A stretch of 61,645 nucleotides of DNA, filler included, from Choristocarpus tenellus KU-1152 (taxonomy: Eukaryota > Protista > Phaeophyceae), in NCBI GenBank assembly GCA_964200185.2. It is 10 parts of 10 records of this genome, joined end to end, with 100 filler letters (N's around TTAATTAATTAA, not from the genome) between each part and the next. Parts side by side here need not be neighbours in the genome. Positions count along the whole stretch, not along the records: positions 9,939 to 15,262 come from CAXNAD020011157.1; positions 15,363 to 22,289 come from CAXNAD020007042.1; positions 22,390 to 27,965 come from CAXNAD020010370.1; 7 more parts are not named here. One strand, written 5' to 3'. The notes beneath the pieces are model-generated. The model had not been told where the DNA came from. It did no database searches and was given only the letters and a program-made list of their open reading frames with translations. The first letter of the stretch is position 1, and each line of letters starts with the position of its first letter. Positions 14,047-26,279 of the stretch are shown piece by piece. The position numbers and the translations under genes were made by a program.

Positions 14047-15849
14047 TCCGCTACTCAAACCTCTACACTGACAACAAAAACCGCTCTTGGACTAATCAAA
14101 ACAAAGCAGATGCGAGAGGACCGTGCTGGAGTCCCTCAGCGAACCGTCCTCTGGCGGTTCCTTGGGCAGTTTCAGAAATTCCAGTGTCGACGGTACATGT
14201 GACAGGTGTGACTGGAAATCTCATCCGATGTGGAAGTGCCCTTGTATGTTGGACTCTTACAGCACCCGTGTCACATGGAACAAGTTCGTCCACACACACA
14301 CCCCGGTGGTGGAGGCGGACCTGCAAGAAAGACTTGCTAGGAAATAAAGGTGGGCCTTATCCATACACTCACCAACCAATTACATTTTGAAGACGAACCT
14401 GTCCAGTTCCACCCTCACGCCGGGTCCAGGACCGACACAGCAGCCTACCCTACCAATCGACCATATCCCCATGTTCACATCCAGACCACACACTCATGCT
14501 GCAATAAATCTCCATGTCCGTCTACACTGCCACACAGGCCCTGTCCTCTAGACTTGGCATTGCCACCCCCAGCAGGACCACCAAAGGTGACATGATCAAG
14601 ATAATCAAGGTGAAATTATGCAGAGCTGAGGGCAGACAATCTCATAACCGACGATTTGATTATCGGTAAGCGCATGGTGGGAGAGCCCGCCCCCGACCTC
14701 AGGAGGAACAGGACCGAGGAGAATGATGACGAAGACGCCACAGAGTCTACGGACAAACACAGCGGGAGGTGAAAGGTGAGTGACAGAGTTTCCTTCGAGT
14801 AATAATTACTGTGTACATTGAATGTGTCACGGCATATTCGTCAAACAACGAGCAGATACTCCTTCCGAACATAATCGATTGCACCACAACAAAGCCTGAA
14901 TCACCGCGACCTATGACCAGCAACAACGCTCGATACACGACCACCTCGCCCATTCGATACAGGTGCTGTTCCCAAGGATGGAAGGATTCCCTACAGTCCT
15001 AAAGGTCATATTTACAAACTTCGACAAGAGCTTCTTCCTTCATAACAACACCACCATTTGGCAGGCGCAACAATACAAACATTACAAAACGCGCCTCCCC
15101 AAGGACACGCCGCCATGTCCATGGACTTCAGCACCCACCTGCAACATAACCACCAAGACTTGACACAACAAGAGTTCTTCAATCTATTCCTTACGGCGCT
15201 CCTGACCATTGTCCAGTGGTTGAGGCATCTCAGAGAAGAGGGAAATCTTGGGAAGGGCAGGGNNNNNNNNNNNNNNNNNNNNNNNNNNNNNNNNNNNNNN
15301 NNNNNNTTAATTAATTAANNNNNNNNNNNNNNNNNNNNNNNNNNNNNNNNNNNNNNNNNNNNGATAGTTGTAATGCTAACACACCCCCTTATCCCCCCTC
15401 CCCACCATTGCAAATAGCGAGTGGGGTCCGGTCCTTGTCCCAACTTTTCCAGCTGTGAGACAATGTATTGGGGCGTTACATGCATCATTGCTAACCGATC
15501 CGTGTTGGTCTCAAAGTATTCGCTCATACTCAACTTTATAGCGTCCACCACCCTGACTATATGATCTACTCGTTCATCTAGTTCTCCATCACTGCCATCA
15601 CTGCCATCTGATCGAGTTGTGCCTTGCCATACCCCTGTCTACCTCATCTTGCCAATTTTCTCCATTCATTGCCTGTTCTGATATCTTGTACAAGTAAGTT
15701 GATCAATCTCCTTCTGATGTTTTCCAACCCTTCTATCTCGTAGGCTATAGAACTAATGTATATATATTGTTATTCTTGCTGTAGATGGTACGGGAACCTG
15801 TCTAGACCCCAGCATTAGAGATAGAGCGCCCCATAAAATATAATTTTGT

Positions 15850-17100
15850 ACCGATGGCAAGACCCAAAGCGGTGGTTATCTGATACCCACCCCATTCCAG
15901 TAAAAAAAGTTTGGTGTCCAAGTGGTTTGAGCCAACATTATACACACGACATTATACAAAAGGAACAGCAAAATTGTTCTAATGATATGCAAGATAAATA
16001 TATCTCGCAAATCGCCGTCGTGCGATTGAGGATGCGGCAATGATGCTGTACTCAACTTTTCAGGTACATGCACCTGACAAATTACAGATTTCTATTTCGT
16101 TTGGTTGGTTGTCCTCACCATCTCGGGTGTACAAAAAACCCAAACGATCCTCCATCCCGCCGGAAATGTGTTGGTACACGATTTCTGCTTCGCTCCTCAA
16201 TACGTTAGCAGCTGATAATAATTTCTGGAACATGTTAGCAGTCATAACAATACAGTATACGTTATATGGAGTACATGCTTGTACCACCCAAATGTGATTA
16301 TACTCATAACAAATAGATGATGAAACCTCTACCATTTAATTAAAAAAAAAATGTCAGAAAAAAAGAAGCACTCTTCTGGTCTTACCATCCCACACTATTG
16401 TTGCTTTCGACTGAAGGTCATATAGCCCAACCACAGGAAAAGACCGTACAATTATGTATATGTATACTGTATCAAGACTAACCACTCCAACATAGCTGGT
16501 TGGTGTTGAATAGGAAGGGTGGGATGAAGGGCAGGGAGGACGGCTTATATGTAGTGGTAGTTCCCCGAAGGTGGGAAGAATTTCTATAATATGGTGGGAA
16601 TATAACCTTGGTAATGTATTTGACATACATCAAAATTGTAATCCCTGGATTATATCCTTTTATGTCATATGCCCCAATGGTGTAAACGGTCTATCCCCGT
16701 TGACCCTGGTTAAATGAATTAATAGGACGTGCACACCATATACATAGCATAATGTCTGGTTTTTGTTGGAGGGACTAACTGGAGGGATGTTAGTATCACT
16801 GCTATTACATACTGCAATAGTGCTAGTATATATACATAAATATATAAACAATACAGGAGGATAGGACAACAAACGAGGGTTAGCATCGTATAATAATGTA
16901 AGTAACATTAATATTAGTATAATTTTCTCTCGACTTTCAAGACCAAAAAATGCAAACCCTGCATACAAAATATTTGGTATGTAGAATACTAGTAGTTGTA
17001 GTAAATTTATCTCTCGACTTTCTGGAGGAAAACATCTAGATCCCATAATATCCAGAAAGAGATGTGAGAAGATGTTTAGTAATTCATCCATGTTACTACC
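15850..17100 (-). mobile_element. Possible highly decayed LINE reverse-transcriptase relic
   Basis: Weak fragments LYAGFAFFGLESREKIILIL, QSKATIVWDGK and CRILN resemble LINE RT motifs in plausible order. Confidence 0.3.
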
Positions 17101-17424
17101 AACATGCTTCTAACATACTTGTACTCCCACCTTACACTAATAATACTACTAACAAACTACTACTCTTGTACAACTATACATATAGATGGCTTTGTACTAA
17201 CCCTACATTCACTTCAATACAACCCCTAAATTGGCCAGTAAAAAACAGCAGTAATAGAGTACCAGCGCAATATATGAATTTTTATTTGATTAGTGAATAG
17301 GATTTATAATTTGATCCATGATGCCATTGTTCTCCACCATTTATTATTCATTTCAACTAATATTTCCTGACACATATTAGGATTTTGAGTTTAAAAGCAA
17401 TATGAAAAATATCAAGAAGAAACA

Positions 17425-17463
17425 TGTGTTAGTATTCATGTGTTAGTATTCATGTGTTAGTAT
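17425..17463. repeat. Tandem repeat (ATGTGTTAGTATTC) x~3
   Basis: Directly visible. Confidence 0.85.
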
Positions 17464-17841
17464 AGTAGTAGTGTTTGTTATAGTTCTTACTTCAATTTTC
17501 AAAAAACTTTTTAGTTGGAATACTTCATGATGTCATATGGAGACCACACTATTTTGATTTCATCTCCTAGTCAAAATATCTACACCAATTCATATTTTTA
17601 GTTGATTTTGATTGACGATTGATGGTGTTGAAGTTCTTGGTTGTTGGCGGTTAAATGATGAAAGGTATATTGTGTCCCTGTCCCTCACTCGGATTGGCAA
17701 AAAGGAACTGTGGGCACAGTTTGCTACCCCTGGACCGCCATTGGCTAAGGTGCATCACAGAGAAGGTGACCAACCCTCATATCTTTCCACAGCACATCTC
17801 CAAAATTTTCTCCTCAATTCCAATGTCTTGTCGGTCTTGAA

Positions 17842-19026
17842 ATGGGTACTTCGTTATCCTCACAGACTAAGGGGGGGACTTCAGGAACGAAATCGCAGGC
17901 TGATAGCTTTATAGACAGTGCCAGACAGAAGGAGGCCGCAGGTGATATTGCTGGAGCGATGGAGGACCTACTCGCTGCTTACAGGGTCGACCCCAGCCGA
18001 TCTGATGGTGTTCGCCTTGCACATGAGCTCTCCCAGCGTTTTCCTAGTGCTCATGAAGGCATGGGTTGCCCTGTGCAGATGGTCAATGCGAGAGAACCTC
18101 GAGAAAAAGGATGTGCTCCAGCGAAATCGGAGTGCTCTCTTGTCACATCAACGTGCAATTCAGGGGATCTGCCCAACCCAGTGACAGATAAGAGTGCAAC
18201 ACCGGAATCGTCTGGAACCCCATGGGAGCGTGGCTGGCAGGGTCCAAAAGATTTCAAGCCTCCAGCCCCAACGACATCAAGGGAACGTGCTGACCATGAA
18301 GAGAATCTAGTTACCAGGGTGAGCGGAAAGCGCAACTTTACTCTCGCACAACTGCAGTTCTTTGACGGTTCGGAAATGCCACAGAAAGGGTCTAGTCCTC
18401 CAGAGCCCCGTCCTATCTACATTGCTCTCAAAGGTATTGTATACGATGCGTCTGCAGGTCGGGAGTTGTATGGACCAAGGGGGAAGTATAGTGCTCTTGC
18501 TGGGTGTGAAGCTTCTCGTTGCGTGGCTAGGGGTGTGATAGGTCCAGGGAAGAACATCCTGGAAGAACTCAATGAATTGTCCCTAGAAGGCCTTCACCGC
18601 TTCGAACAAATGACGCTCGATGGTTGGGTAGACACCTTTGCCGCCCGGGGATATCCTGTTATGGGGAAGGTTGTTCCAACCCCCAAGCCACGGCCCATGT
18701 CACGGGAGAAGTTGCGACAATTTGATGGGCGCCAACCATACCTTCCAAGTGGCTACTCCTCACCTCCTATCTATGTTGGCGTCGGACGTGAAGTTTTTGA
18801 TGTCTCTTTTGGAGGATCTGAATTTTACACCAAAGGGGGGCCATACGAATGTCTGGCTGGGCGGGACGCTTCTAGGGTTTTGGCACGGATGTCCATGACA
18901 CAACAGGATATTGAAGGTGTTTTGGATTACGACAATCTGTCTTCCAAGGAGAAGAAGAATTTACAAGATTGGTCAGCAAAGCTCGGGAAGGGCAAAGGCT
19001 ATCCTGTAGTAGGTTGGCTAGACTAA
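17842..19026 (+). CDS. MAPR-family (PGRMC/Dap1/neudesin-like) protein with two cytochrome-b5-like heme/steroid-binding domains, 394 aa, single exon
   Basis: FTLAQLQFFDG..IYIALKGIVYDAS.G..LYGPRGKY..LAGCEASR and LRQFDG..IYVGVGREVFDVSFGGSEFY.KGGPYECLAGRDASR..YPVVG; intact ATG-to-TAA ORF. Confidence 0.9.
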   Translation: MGTSLSSQTKGGTSGTKSQADSFIDSARQKEAAGDIAGAMEDLLAAYRVDPSRSDGVRLAHELSQRFPSAHEGMGCPVQMVNAREPREKGCAPAKSECSLVTSTCNSGDLPNPVTDKSATPESSGTPWERGWQGPKDFKPPAPTTSRERADHEENLVTRVSGKRNFTLAQLQFFDGSEMPQKGSSPPEPRPIYIALKGIVYDASAGRELYGPRGKYSALAGCEASRCVARGVIGPGKNILEELNELSLEGLHRFEQMTLDGWVDTFAARGYPVMGKVVPTPKPRPMSREKLRQFDGRQPYLPSGYSSPPIYVGVGREVFDVSFGGSEFYTKGGPYECLAGRDASRVLARMSMTQQDIEGVLDYDNLSSKEKKNLQDWSAKLGKGKGYPVVGWLD

Positions 19027-19317
19027 GTTTGATAGCGAGAGCTGACTTTTTCTTGAGTTAGAAACTTGGTTGTGCCTGTTTATGCTCCGATATTGTTGAT
19101 GTGCTGCTCTGTAAGTAATTGAATGAATCACACTCTAGCAGGTTGGGAGCATGGACTGATTCTGTGACTACATTATTTGACAGTTTTTTCTTCTCAAGAT
19201 TCCACAGAATGTTGACTACTGTTGCCAATCCCTTTCAAAGGGAGTTGAAAAACAGGTATGTATGCACATGCCACATAAATCAGCCTTTACACTAAACATT
19301 GCTTTTCTGGTGAGACT

Positions 19318-19686
19318 TCATGTATCGCCGTTCGTGCCCACAATGGTGTAAATCTCCTGAGCTATCTCTACAACTTCTGGTGAATAGCGTGCCATGCACT
19401 CTACCTTACCCTGCTCTCCCACGCCATCCTTTAGTGGTCCCTGGGCTAGAGCTATCCACAGGGTGCCCCTCTCCCTCTTCAGTAGATAACAGAACCTTGT
19501 GTCCCAGGCACATGCTGCGCGCACAAGATTCAATATTCGCATTTGTGATCGTGTTTCCACTGCAGGACAAAGGAGCGCCTCAGCAAAGTGGCAACAGGTG
19601 GTAGATGCAACAGTGGTCTTGAGTACACAACTGTGTGTAGAGGGAGAGGTTCCGAAGAGAACACTTAGGAGCTCGTCACCAAAAAT
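19318..19686 (-). CDS. ULK4: Probable terminal exon of ULK4-like gene
   Basis: TAG|ATTTTTGGT acceptor, phase 0, matches the upstream CAG|GTGACT donor; frame stays open to TGA at 19318. Confidence 0.6.
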   Translation of the reverse strand: MFGDELLSVLFGTSPSTHSCVLKTTVASTTCCHFAEALLCPAVETRSQMRILNLVRAACAWDTRFCYLLKRERGTLWIALAQGPLKDGVGEQGKVECMARYSPEVVEIAQEIYTIVGTNGDT

Positions 19687-20007
19687 CTACATGACACGTG
19701 GTAGCAACACGGGGAGGGAGGGGTAGGTTGACAAAATCAGAATATAAATTGCATCAGAAAGACAATTATTGCATGAGTCATATCATACAAACTCGCCCTT
19801 TGGCAAAGAAAAGCAGACCCTTCAAAAAAATATTTGAAAGAATCAAAAGGCTCTTTTCGTCCAATTGACGGAGAAGCCTGTCTGTGTGTATCACCACATT
19901 CTCGTAACCTTTCAGAAACACCCCCAGTTCGCTGCAGTACATGGAAATGCCTGTTGTGGAGCATTGTCACAGGCTGTAAACCCTAACCCTAAGATAGCAT
20001 GAGTCAC

Positions 20008-21973
20008 CTGGTGGCAGAGGTCAAGGAAGCTTGTGGCTGATTCACAGGTTGCTGAACAAAGACTTCCACCAACAAATCCCCCAGCACTGAAATTTCCATC
20101 CTCTGTGGTGCCATGTTCATTACAGATAAGCTGCAACGATTTCACGATCAAGGGCGCTGTGTCCAACAATGGTCTTAAAGTGCTCTTTTCTATGCCCCTA
20201 TCTTCCCATTCATCCCCCTGCTGTCTGTAGTCCCTTATGCCATGGTCATGCTTTACAGCTTGAGACAGGAGGGAACTGTCACATTGCCATGCCCCACCAC
20301 CTAATGTCCTGCCTGTGCTGCGGCTAGACTTCTTCAATAATGCTACCGCAAGCTCTAGGAAAGCCTCCATTGCCTTGAGTGCTTTGTCCTCTACAGCACA
20401 GGTAAGTATCACTGCTACTCGGCCAGGTAAATTGTGCTTGAGGAGCTCCTGCAATGCCCCATCTCCCCCTCCTACTGTAATGAGGGTCAGGAGGGCTGCT
20501 AACTTGGGACCAAAGTCAGACACCAAGGATTGTGCAACTTCACCACACGGGTGATAATCATGAGAGAGCCCCTGCCCTGCCCCTGAGGTAGACTTGACCC
20601 GGTGCCTTCTTGTCAAGTTTTGTATGCTCTGCAAGGGGAGGCGGTTCACCAAAGTGGAGAGTGTGCCCTGGGCAAGCAACTCGAGGCCAAGCTCTCCCCA
20701 CTTCAGCCCCAAATCTATTAGGAGGTGCACCACTAACTGAGGCACAGGTGACTGGTCAGAAAAAAGGTGCCCAACCTTGGGGATGAGGTGATTGGTAATG
20801 ACAATCCTGACTGCATCTTCAACCACTTGGTCACTAACTTCCTCTCCCTCAGAATTGACCAAGTCTCCACACCCCTGGCCACCAGGGGGCGTCTTGAGGA
20901 CTCTGGGGAGTACAATCCTTAGCACTACCAAAGTCAGAGCTCGAGTGTCGCCACTGCGACCACGGAGGAGTCCACACAGGGCTGGCAGAAGTTTGAAAGC
21001 TACAGCCTCTCTGCAGCAGAGGAGAGCCTGTGGGGCGTGATGGGCCATGGCCTCCACCAATGGCAGTAGCACTTGCACCTCTGGATCATCTCCTACTTCT
21101 GACAACCCCCTTACTTGTTGCTGGTCTCTGAGGCGGCGCAGTTCCTCCCCTCGAGCTTGGCACAAGGTAAGGCATGCAGCGATATCAGACACGAAAACGC
21201 TTGTTACAGTCCGTTGTCGCAGGAGGGGGCTGTTGATCAAGTTTGGCACTGCAAGGAACGCCTTCAGTGATGGGCGAGACCCCTCACATATGCCTACACT
21301 TCCCCTTCCATCCCCACCCCTGACAGTGCCAAATACAGCGTCACTTTGAAGATCCGTGACCAGCTGTCTTGCAGCTTGTTCTGGAATCCCACAAAGGTAC
21401 TGTGCGAGGCCCAGGCAGCTGTGATAAAGGTAGCGCTGCTGGAGGGGTAGGTAATCTGCACGTGGGGCCAGGCCACCCACCGATCTAGCCAAGAGAGAGA
21501 GCAGGCGCCCGCGGCAAGCAAACAGCAAGACCTCTGGCTGGGCCACCTCAAACACAATGCGAAGGGTCAAGAAGGCCTTGGCACGTAGTGAAGGTCCCTC
21601 CCCATGCTCTGCTATACGGAGTAGTTGCAACAATAGGTCTGGCAATGCCAAGACCGACTCTGCTCCACGCTGAATAGCTGCTAGTGTTGCTGACCCCCCG
21701 TCCAGTCGTACACTGCCCTCAGTATGATTGGAACTCCCCCAAAGGATAAGGCTAAGGATGGTGAGGAAGGCCTGGCGCATACCTGGCAAGTTACTTTCTG
21801 ATAGTCCGCCCACCAGGGTAGCAGGGATGCCAGGCTCATCTACTAGGCATGCCAGAATTTTTCCGCCTTTAAGGGTCGCTGTGCCAGCACATCTACCATC
21901 CAACATATCATGGCAGAGGAGGTGTGACAGGGCTACAGCCGCAGTGACTCTCAGTCTCTCAGACTTTGCATTT
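20008..21973 (-). CDS. ULK4: ULK4/RUNKEL-like pseudokinase, C-terminal HEAT/ARM region (large exon; kinase exons lie beyond the contig end)
   Basis: LRVTAAVALSHL, LRAKAFLTL..LLFACRGRLL, NLINSPLLRQRTVT, KLLPALCGLL and HLIPKVGHLFSDQSPVP match ULK4 C-terminal blocks in order; pyrimidine tract and CAG acceptor at 21974. Confidence 0.78.
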
Positions 21974-22389
21974 CTGGTCAAGCATGCAAAAAATAGGGGT
22001 TTCGAGGAAGGTTTCTGGCCACGATAGTCATCTCAGTCAATGCTAAGAGTATTTGAAGGTAGCTATAGCCATCACGGGAATGCTGCAGAGAGCACCAGGA
22101 AAATGCAATGACTAGAGGAAGATAAGAGATTGGACGGCGATACATACCCTGCAGTATGTGCAGTATGAGCACTACTCTGTAACAGGTCCAAGGGGGGGGG
22201 GGGGGGGGGGCAGAAAACAAAAAAAGGGGGGGGAGGGGGGGGGGGGGGGGGGGGGGGGAAGGGGGGGGGTGGGGGGGGGCCAGAAAAAANNNNNNNNNNN
22301 NNNNNNNNNNNNNNNNNNNNNNNNNNNNNNNNNTTAATTAATTAANNNNNNNNNNNNNNNNNNNNNNNNNNNNNNNNNNNNNNNNNNNN

Positions 22390-22436
22390 CCATCCTCAAT
22401 GAAAAGCTCCATCCTCAATTTTTGAAATCGGCTGTT
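22390..22436. mobile_element. Right TIR of MITE family E at contig start
   Basis: Matches the right TIR of 55171-55331. Confidence 0.8.
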
Positions 22437-24159
22437 TAAGGGGAATAAGCAATGATTTCCCTCACTCTCCAAAATACCAATCCTACACCTTGTCATGTAG
22501 TTTTGTACTTTTCCATTCAACTTATTCTCAAGCATTTCTTCTTTGCTCGGGTGTCTGTATTTCTCCCTCAATGGCATACGGCTTGATCGCTCCTTTAGTC
22601 TGTATTTCTAGCTCGTCATTTCATGAGTGGGGGGTTGGAGAGTGACAAGGCTCAATGGCAAAACAGTGCGCTCTGTGCTAGTGCAGTATATATTTGGATC
22701 TTCACAGTGGTTGGTCAAAATGCAGTAGTATGTATCCGGTAGCTTTTTTTTTCTATGCCACAACATTCAAACAACTGTTCGACTTAGAATGACCTCATCC
22801 ATTTAAGTCTCCCGTAAAACTCAACAATTGAGAGTTTCAGGACGATTTTTTGAAAACAGAGTTTACTAGATGGATGGAATGGTGTACTTATCACATTGAG
22901 GTGATATGCGTAGGATGCACTTGTCTTCCAACTTCCCCTACCCTCTCAACTTTACTTTTGAGGCGCTGCTGTTGTCTTTATTGTTTTGTAGTCATTTTTT
23001 ATTTTACCACCATTCCCACTTTTTAAGACAGGGCTTCAGTCTAGCTGGCCGATACAGTATTACTGAGAAAGAATATTTTGATGGCATGTGTGGAATCCCT
23101 CATAGTGCTTGTGGTAACTGCGTAAAGTCACACCACTTTGATGAGTTCCGATTCCTTATTCAGCCAAAAGTGGGAGAAATCTACATTTAGTTTACAGCCC
23201 ACAGACTAGAAGGGTCCTATTTTACAGACGTTGATTCTGTGTTTGTTACAACCTTCTTTGAACAGTCAAACCCTGGACAAATATGTTATTCAAAGTATGT
23301 TGGGTTGCAATGTACCATGTGCACATTTTCACGGTCCAACACACTTCGTTCCCAGCACCTGTTGCAAACGCTCAACTAAATGTGGACTTCCTTACTTGGA
23401 GTTACTCGAAGCAGAAGGTTTGAAACCTCATTAGTAGCTTGCCTCATCATGTATAGGAAGAGCAAGGTCCCGAGAGTCCGCACATCTCCTCTCTTTTCCA
23501 AAGCATTATTTGGGGTTCAGATCATTTCCATAATTGGGTTTTCCCTGCAGGTTAGATGGACAAATAAATATACACGAGCGCTTGTGTGGCGGATCAATGG
23601 ACCGATTCGGGCGTCCTAGAGGGCACTTCCAATAGAGCCAGTATATCAGAATTGGACTGAGCTGTTGCCCTGCAAAATTATCATGGGTTGTATGGTACTA
23701 TGGCGCTTTGCCATGGGACTGGTCGTAACCAGGTAGTCCAAAGATAAGGGGAAAGATGTAGACCCCCCAGGCTTCATGATTTTGGACTCAATGAAAGCAT
23801 CCAGAGTTGTACAGGCCTCCTTAGCGAGTATTGATCCCTCTCACTGTGTTGCAGTCTCGTGCAATTTCAAGTATCAGTTTTTTTCCAAATAGAGGACACA
23901 TCAATGGCACAATCGACCCTTTCAACAATCTAACTCTCTGTACTACTAACAGTATAGACTTTCGAGCATACTCTCTCCTGTATTAATATTGTCTTTTCCG
24001 AAAAATCTGTCATGGGATTGACCAGGGATGGACCTTCATGACAGTCTTGTACACTTCAGTGTGTTGAAGTTTCAGACTGAACTCTTAGTTCACGTATGAT
24101 ATGGATGATGCTTGGATTACCCTTGTACCTTTCCTCATCCTGCCCTGGTGTACTTTCAC

Positions 24160-24326
24160 CTTATGATGTGCAATGCTATTGCCCACTCTTGTGAGTTCAG
24201 CATCCCATCCCTATTCTGGTCGGCCATTTCCCACACTTGAGCAAGCTGTGATCTGGTAAGTCCACTTTTTCCCAGTAGCCGGGCAGCTTCTTGGCCGTAC
24301 ACCTGTCCCCTACCATCTGGATCCAC
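24160..24326 (-). CDS. EH-domain protein exon (not in the ORF track)
   Basis: VDPDGRGQVYGQEAARLLGKSGLTRSQLAQVWEMADQNRDGMLNSQEWAIALHIIR; joins in phase after YEIIFMQ; AG / GTGAAA boundaries. Confidence 0.85.
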
Positions 24327-24883
24327 CTTACGGAGACGATTTTTACCAAATGAGATATTGAAAAAATGAGAATCAACACAGGGTGCAGAGGTGGTGCATG
24401 AGGTGCAAGGTCAGCAAAGGAGGAAGACAATTGCAGAGGAAAAAGGTCAGCACCAAAAAAAATAGAAATGAAATCAATAACAAAAAACTTGAGGTAATTA
24501 AGAGGTTTTTGCTATTTGAGGGGAAAAAAAAATGGCGCAAAAGTTTAATCAAAAATCGTGAATTCAGAAATTTGAATCACTCCTTTCTATTTTTCACTGT
24601 TCTTGATTGTTCAATGTCCCTTCCAGCATCCCCCAAAAGGTTTGAATCCATTTGTTTAAATGCAGAATCTTGTCCCTCTGCAGGTGTCTTCCTCCTTTGC
24701 TGTCCTTGCACCTCGCGCACCACACACAGGAGGAGTGCCATTGCAGACACTGATGTTTGCATTAATGACAGCTATCCAATCGCAATTACCTCTATCCATG
24801 TACGTTACTTTTCCTAGAGTATGTAATGCTTCAAAGTGAGAAATTTCTAGATTGACAACGACCTTTCCCCTCCTTCTACTTCA

Positions 24884-25140
24884 GAGTGAAAGTATCTTAG
24901 AGGGTACGAGTTTTGCCCTGTTTGTCTGTTTGGGGCTTGGATTCCCACGTTCTTTTTTATAACATTTTTCCTACTCCGAAACGTTTCAGAGTAGATAAAA
25001 TGTATGTTATGAAAAGGTGTGTCCAGAATAAGGATATTGGCACTTCCTAACAAACACGATAGGCAAAATTACATCAAATCGCAACATCGGATTCTGGGTT
25101 CCAAACGGGCGCAACTCTACCCTCTAAGATACTTCGACTC
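24884..25140 (+). mobile_element. MITE family A, intronic
   Basis: Both TIRs present; TSD TCA, followed by G. Confidence 0.9.
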
Positions 25141-25349
25141 TCAGAACAACAGACACAAACACACAAACACACACACAAATGCCTCCACAACACTTACATC
25201 AACCCCAGCTAATCTCATAACACGCCTCAGAGGCTAGCCTACCTCAATCAAAGTAAGCACCCTCTTGTTTACATGTTGGTTGGGCATCCCCACTGCATGC
25301 ACACTCACACCTTACACGAAACCTCTTCTGCTGTCTCTCACTCACCCAC

Positions 25350-26264
25350 CTGCATAAATATGATCTCATACTCCGCACGCTCAGAGGTAGTCATCTCATA
25401 CAGGGCATCTGCATCTCTGACCTGCACTCTTGTCAGTTTCATGTCGGTCTCTAGACCTGCTTCCTTCTGCAACTTCGAGCACTGCTCCCTAGCAATATCG
25501 TCCCCCCCCTCCCCAGGTGTGATATGTTTTGTGTCCGGGACTTCTTGCTCCCCCGTCACTCCATTTTTTCTGGCACCAACATCAGCCTCCAGAATTGACG
25601 GTGTCAGTATTGCCGAACAGGGATTGACTTCTCCATTAGAGACCAACTCACCATCCCTTGGTCCTAATCCTCCACGAGAGATAGAAGCAGCACCCGAGGG
25701 TTCATTCAATTCCTGCTTAGCTCCTTCATCTCTTGTGTTCTTTCTCTTTGTCTTTCCTCCAAAATATTTCCTTCTCTTCTCCACGAATTTTCCCATTTCC
25801 CCATTAGAGTTACCCTTGAATGCAACCAATTCAGTCCCCTTGATATCAGAGGAGAGGGTGATTACGCTGTTGGCATCAGTGGTTGGTGTCTCACCCTGAT
25901 TCAGCTTCAACGTGCTATGCCGTTCCTTACCCATATCTCTACTTTTAACCCCTTCAACCCCCTTGCCCGACCATGATATTTCCCCATGCTCCTCCCCCTC
26001 AGTGGACCCCACGGGTGCTGTATGTCCTCTGTTCCCTTCCTGCCTTGCAACTTTCGAGTTTGGCACACCTCTACTTCTGCCCCCTAGGGTAGTTGGCAAG
26101 TGATCTGGTACAGGCAAGTGTTTAATAATAGCACAGGTAGTGATGTGCATCGCCACTGCAAACTCGTCCCTTGATAAGGCACCATCCTTGTCTATATCAG
26201 CCAGTGACCATACCTTGCCTAATTTTTCCTTTTCCAGCCCAGATTTGGCCAAAACTTTGGCTGC
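25350..26264 (-). CDS. EH-domain (Eps15/intersectin-like) protein exon
   Basis: AAKVLAKSGLEKEKLGKVWSLADIDKDGALSRDEFAVAMH..LPVPDHLP, low-complexity linker, then YEMTTSERAEYEIIFMQ|GTGGG. Confidence 0.87.
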
Positions 26265-26279
26265 CTGCATACGGTAAGT

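Larger units (their letters stand above)
11149..15262 (+). pseudogene. Intron-containing Sola2-like DDE transposase, degenerate, truncated by contig end
   Basis: Ordered motifs: VWESNSTAMP (~12020-12050); spliced QQHAQR|SQIGTDEDVYANFRERF..GLSTFVNWRPFYITKATSR|SCICIHH (exon 12236-12373, phase-consistent GT-AG intron 12374-12548); GTCDRC..VTWNKF (~14190-14290); FFLHNNTTIWQAQQYKHYKTRLP then frameshift to AMSMDFSTHLQHNHQDLTQQEFF (putative first catalytic Asp at 15124). Stops, frameshifts and three MITE insertions. Confidence 0.7.

Noticed and set aside
22190-22289. Long G-rich tract as a G-quadruplex element
   Set aside because: Low-complexity sequence at a contig edge, likely unreliable base calls.
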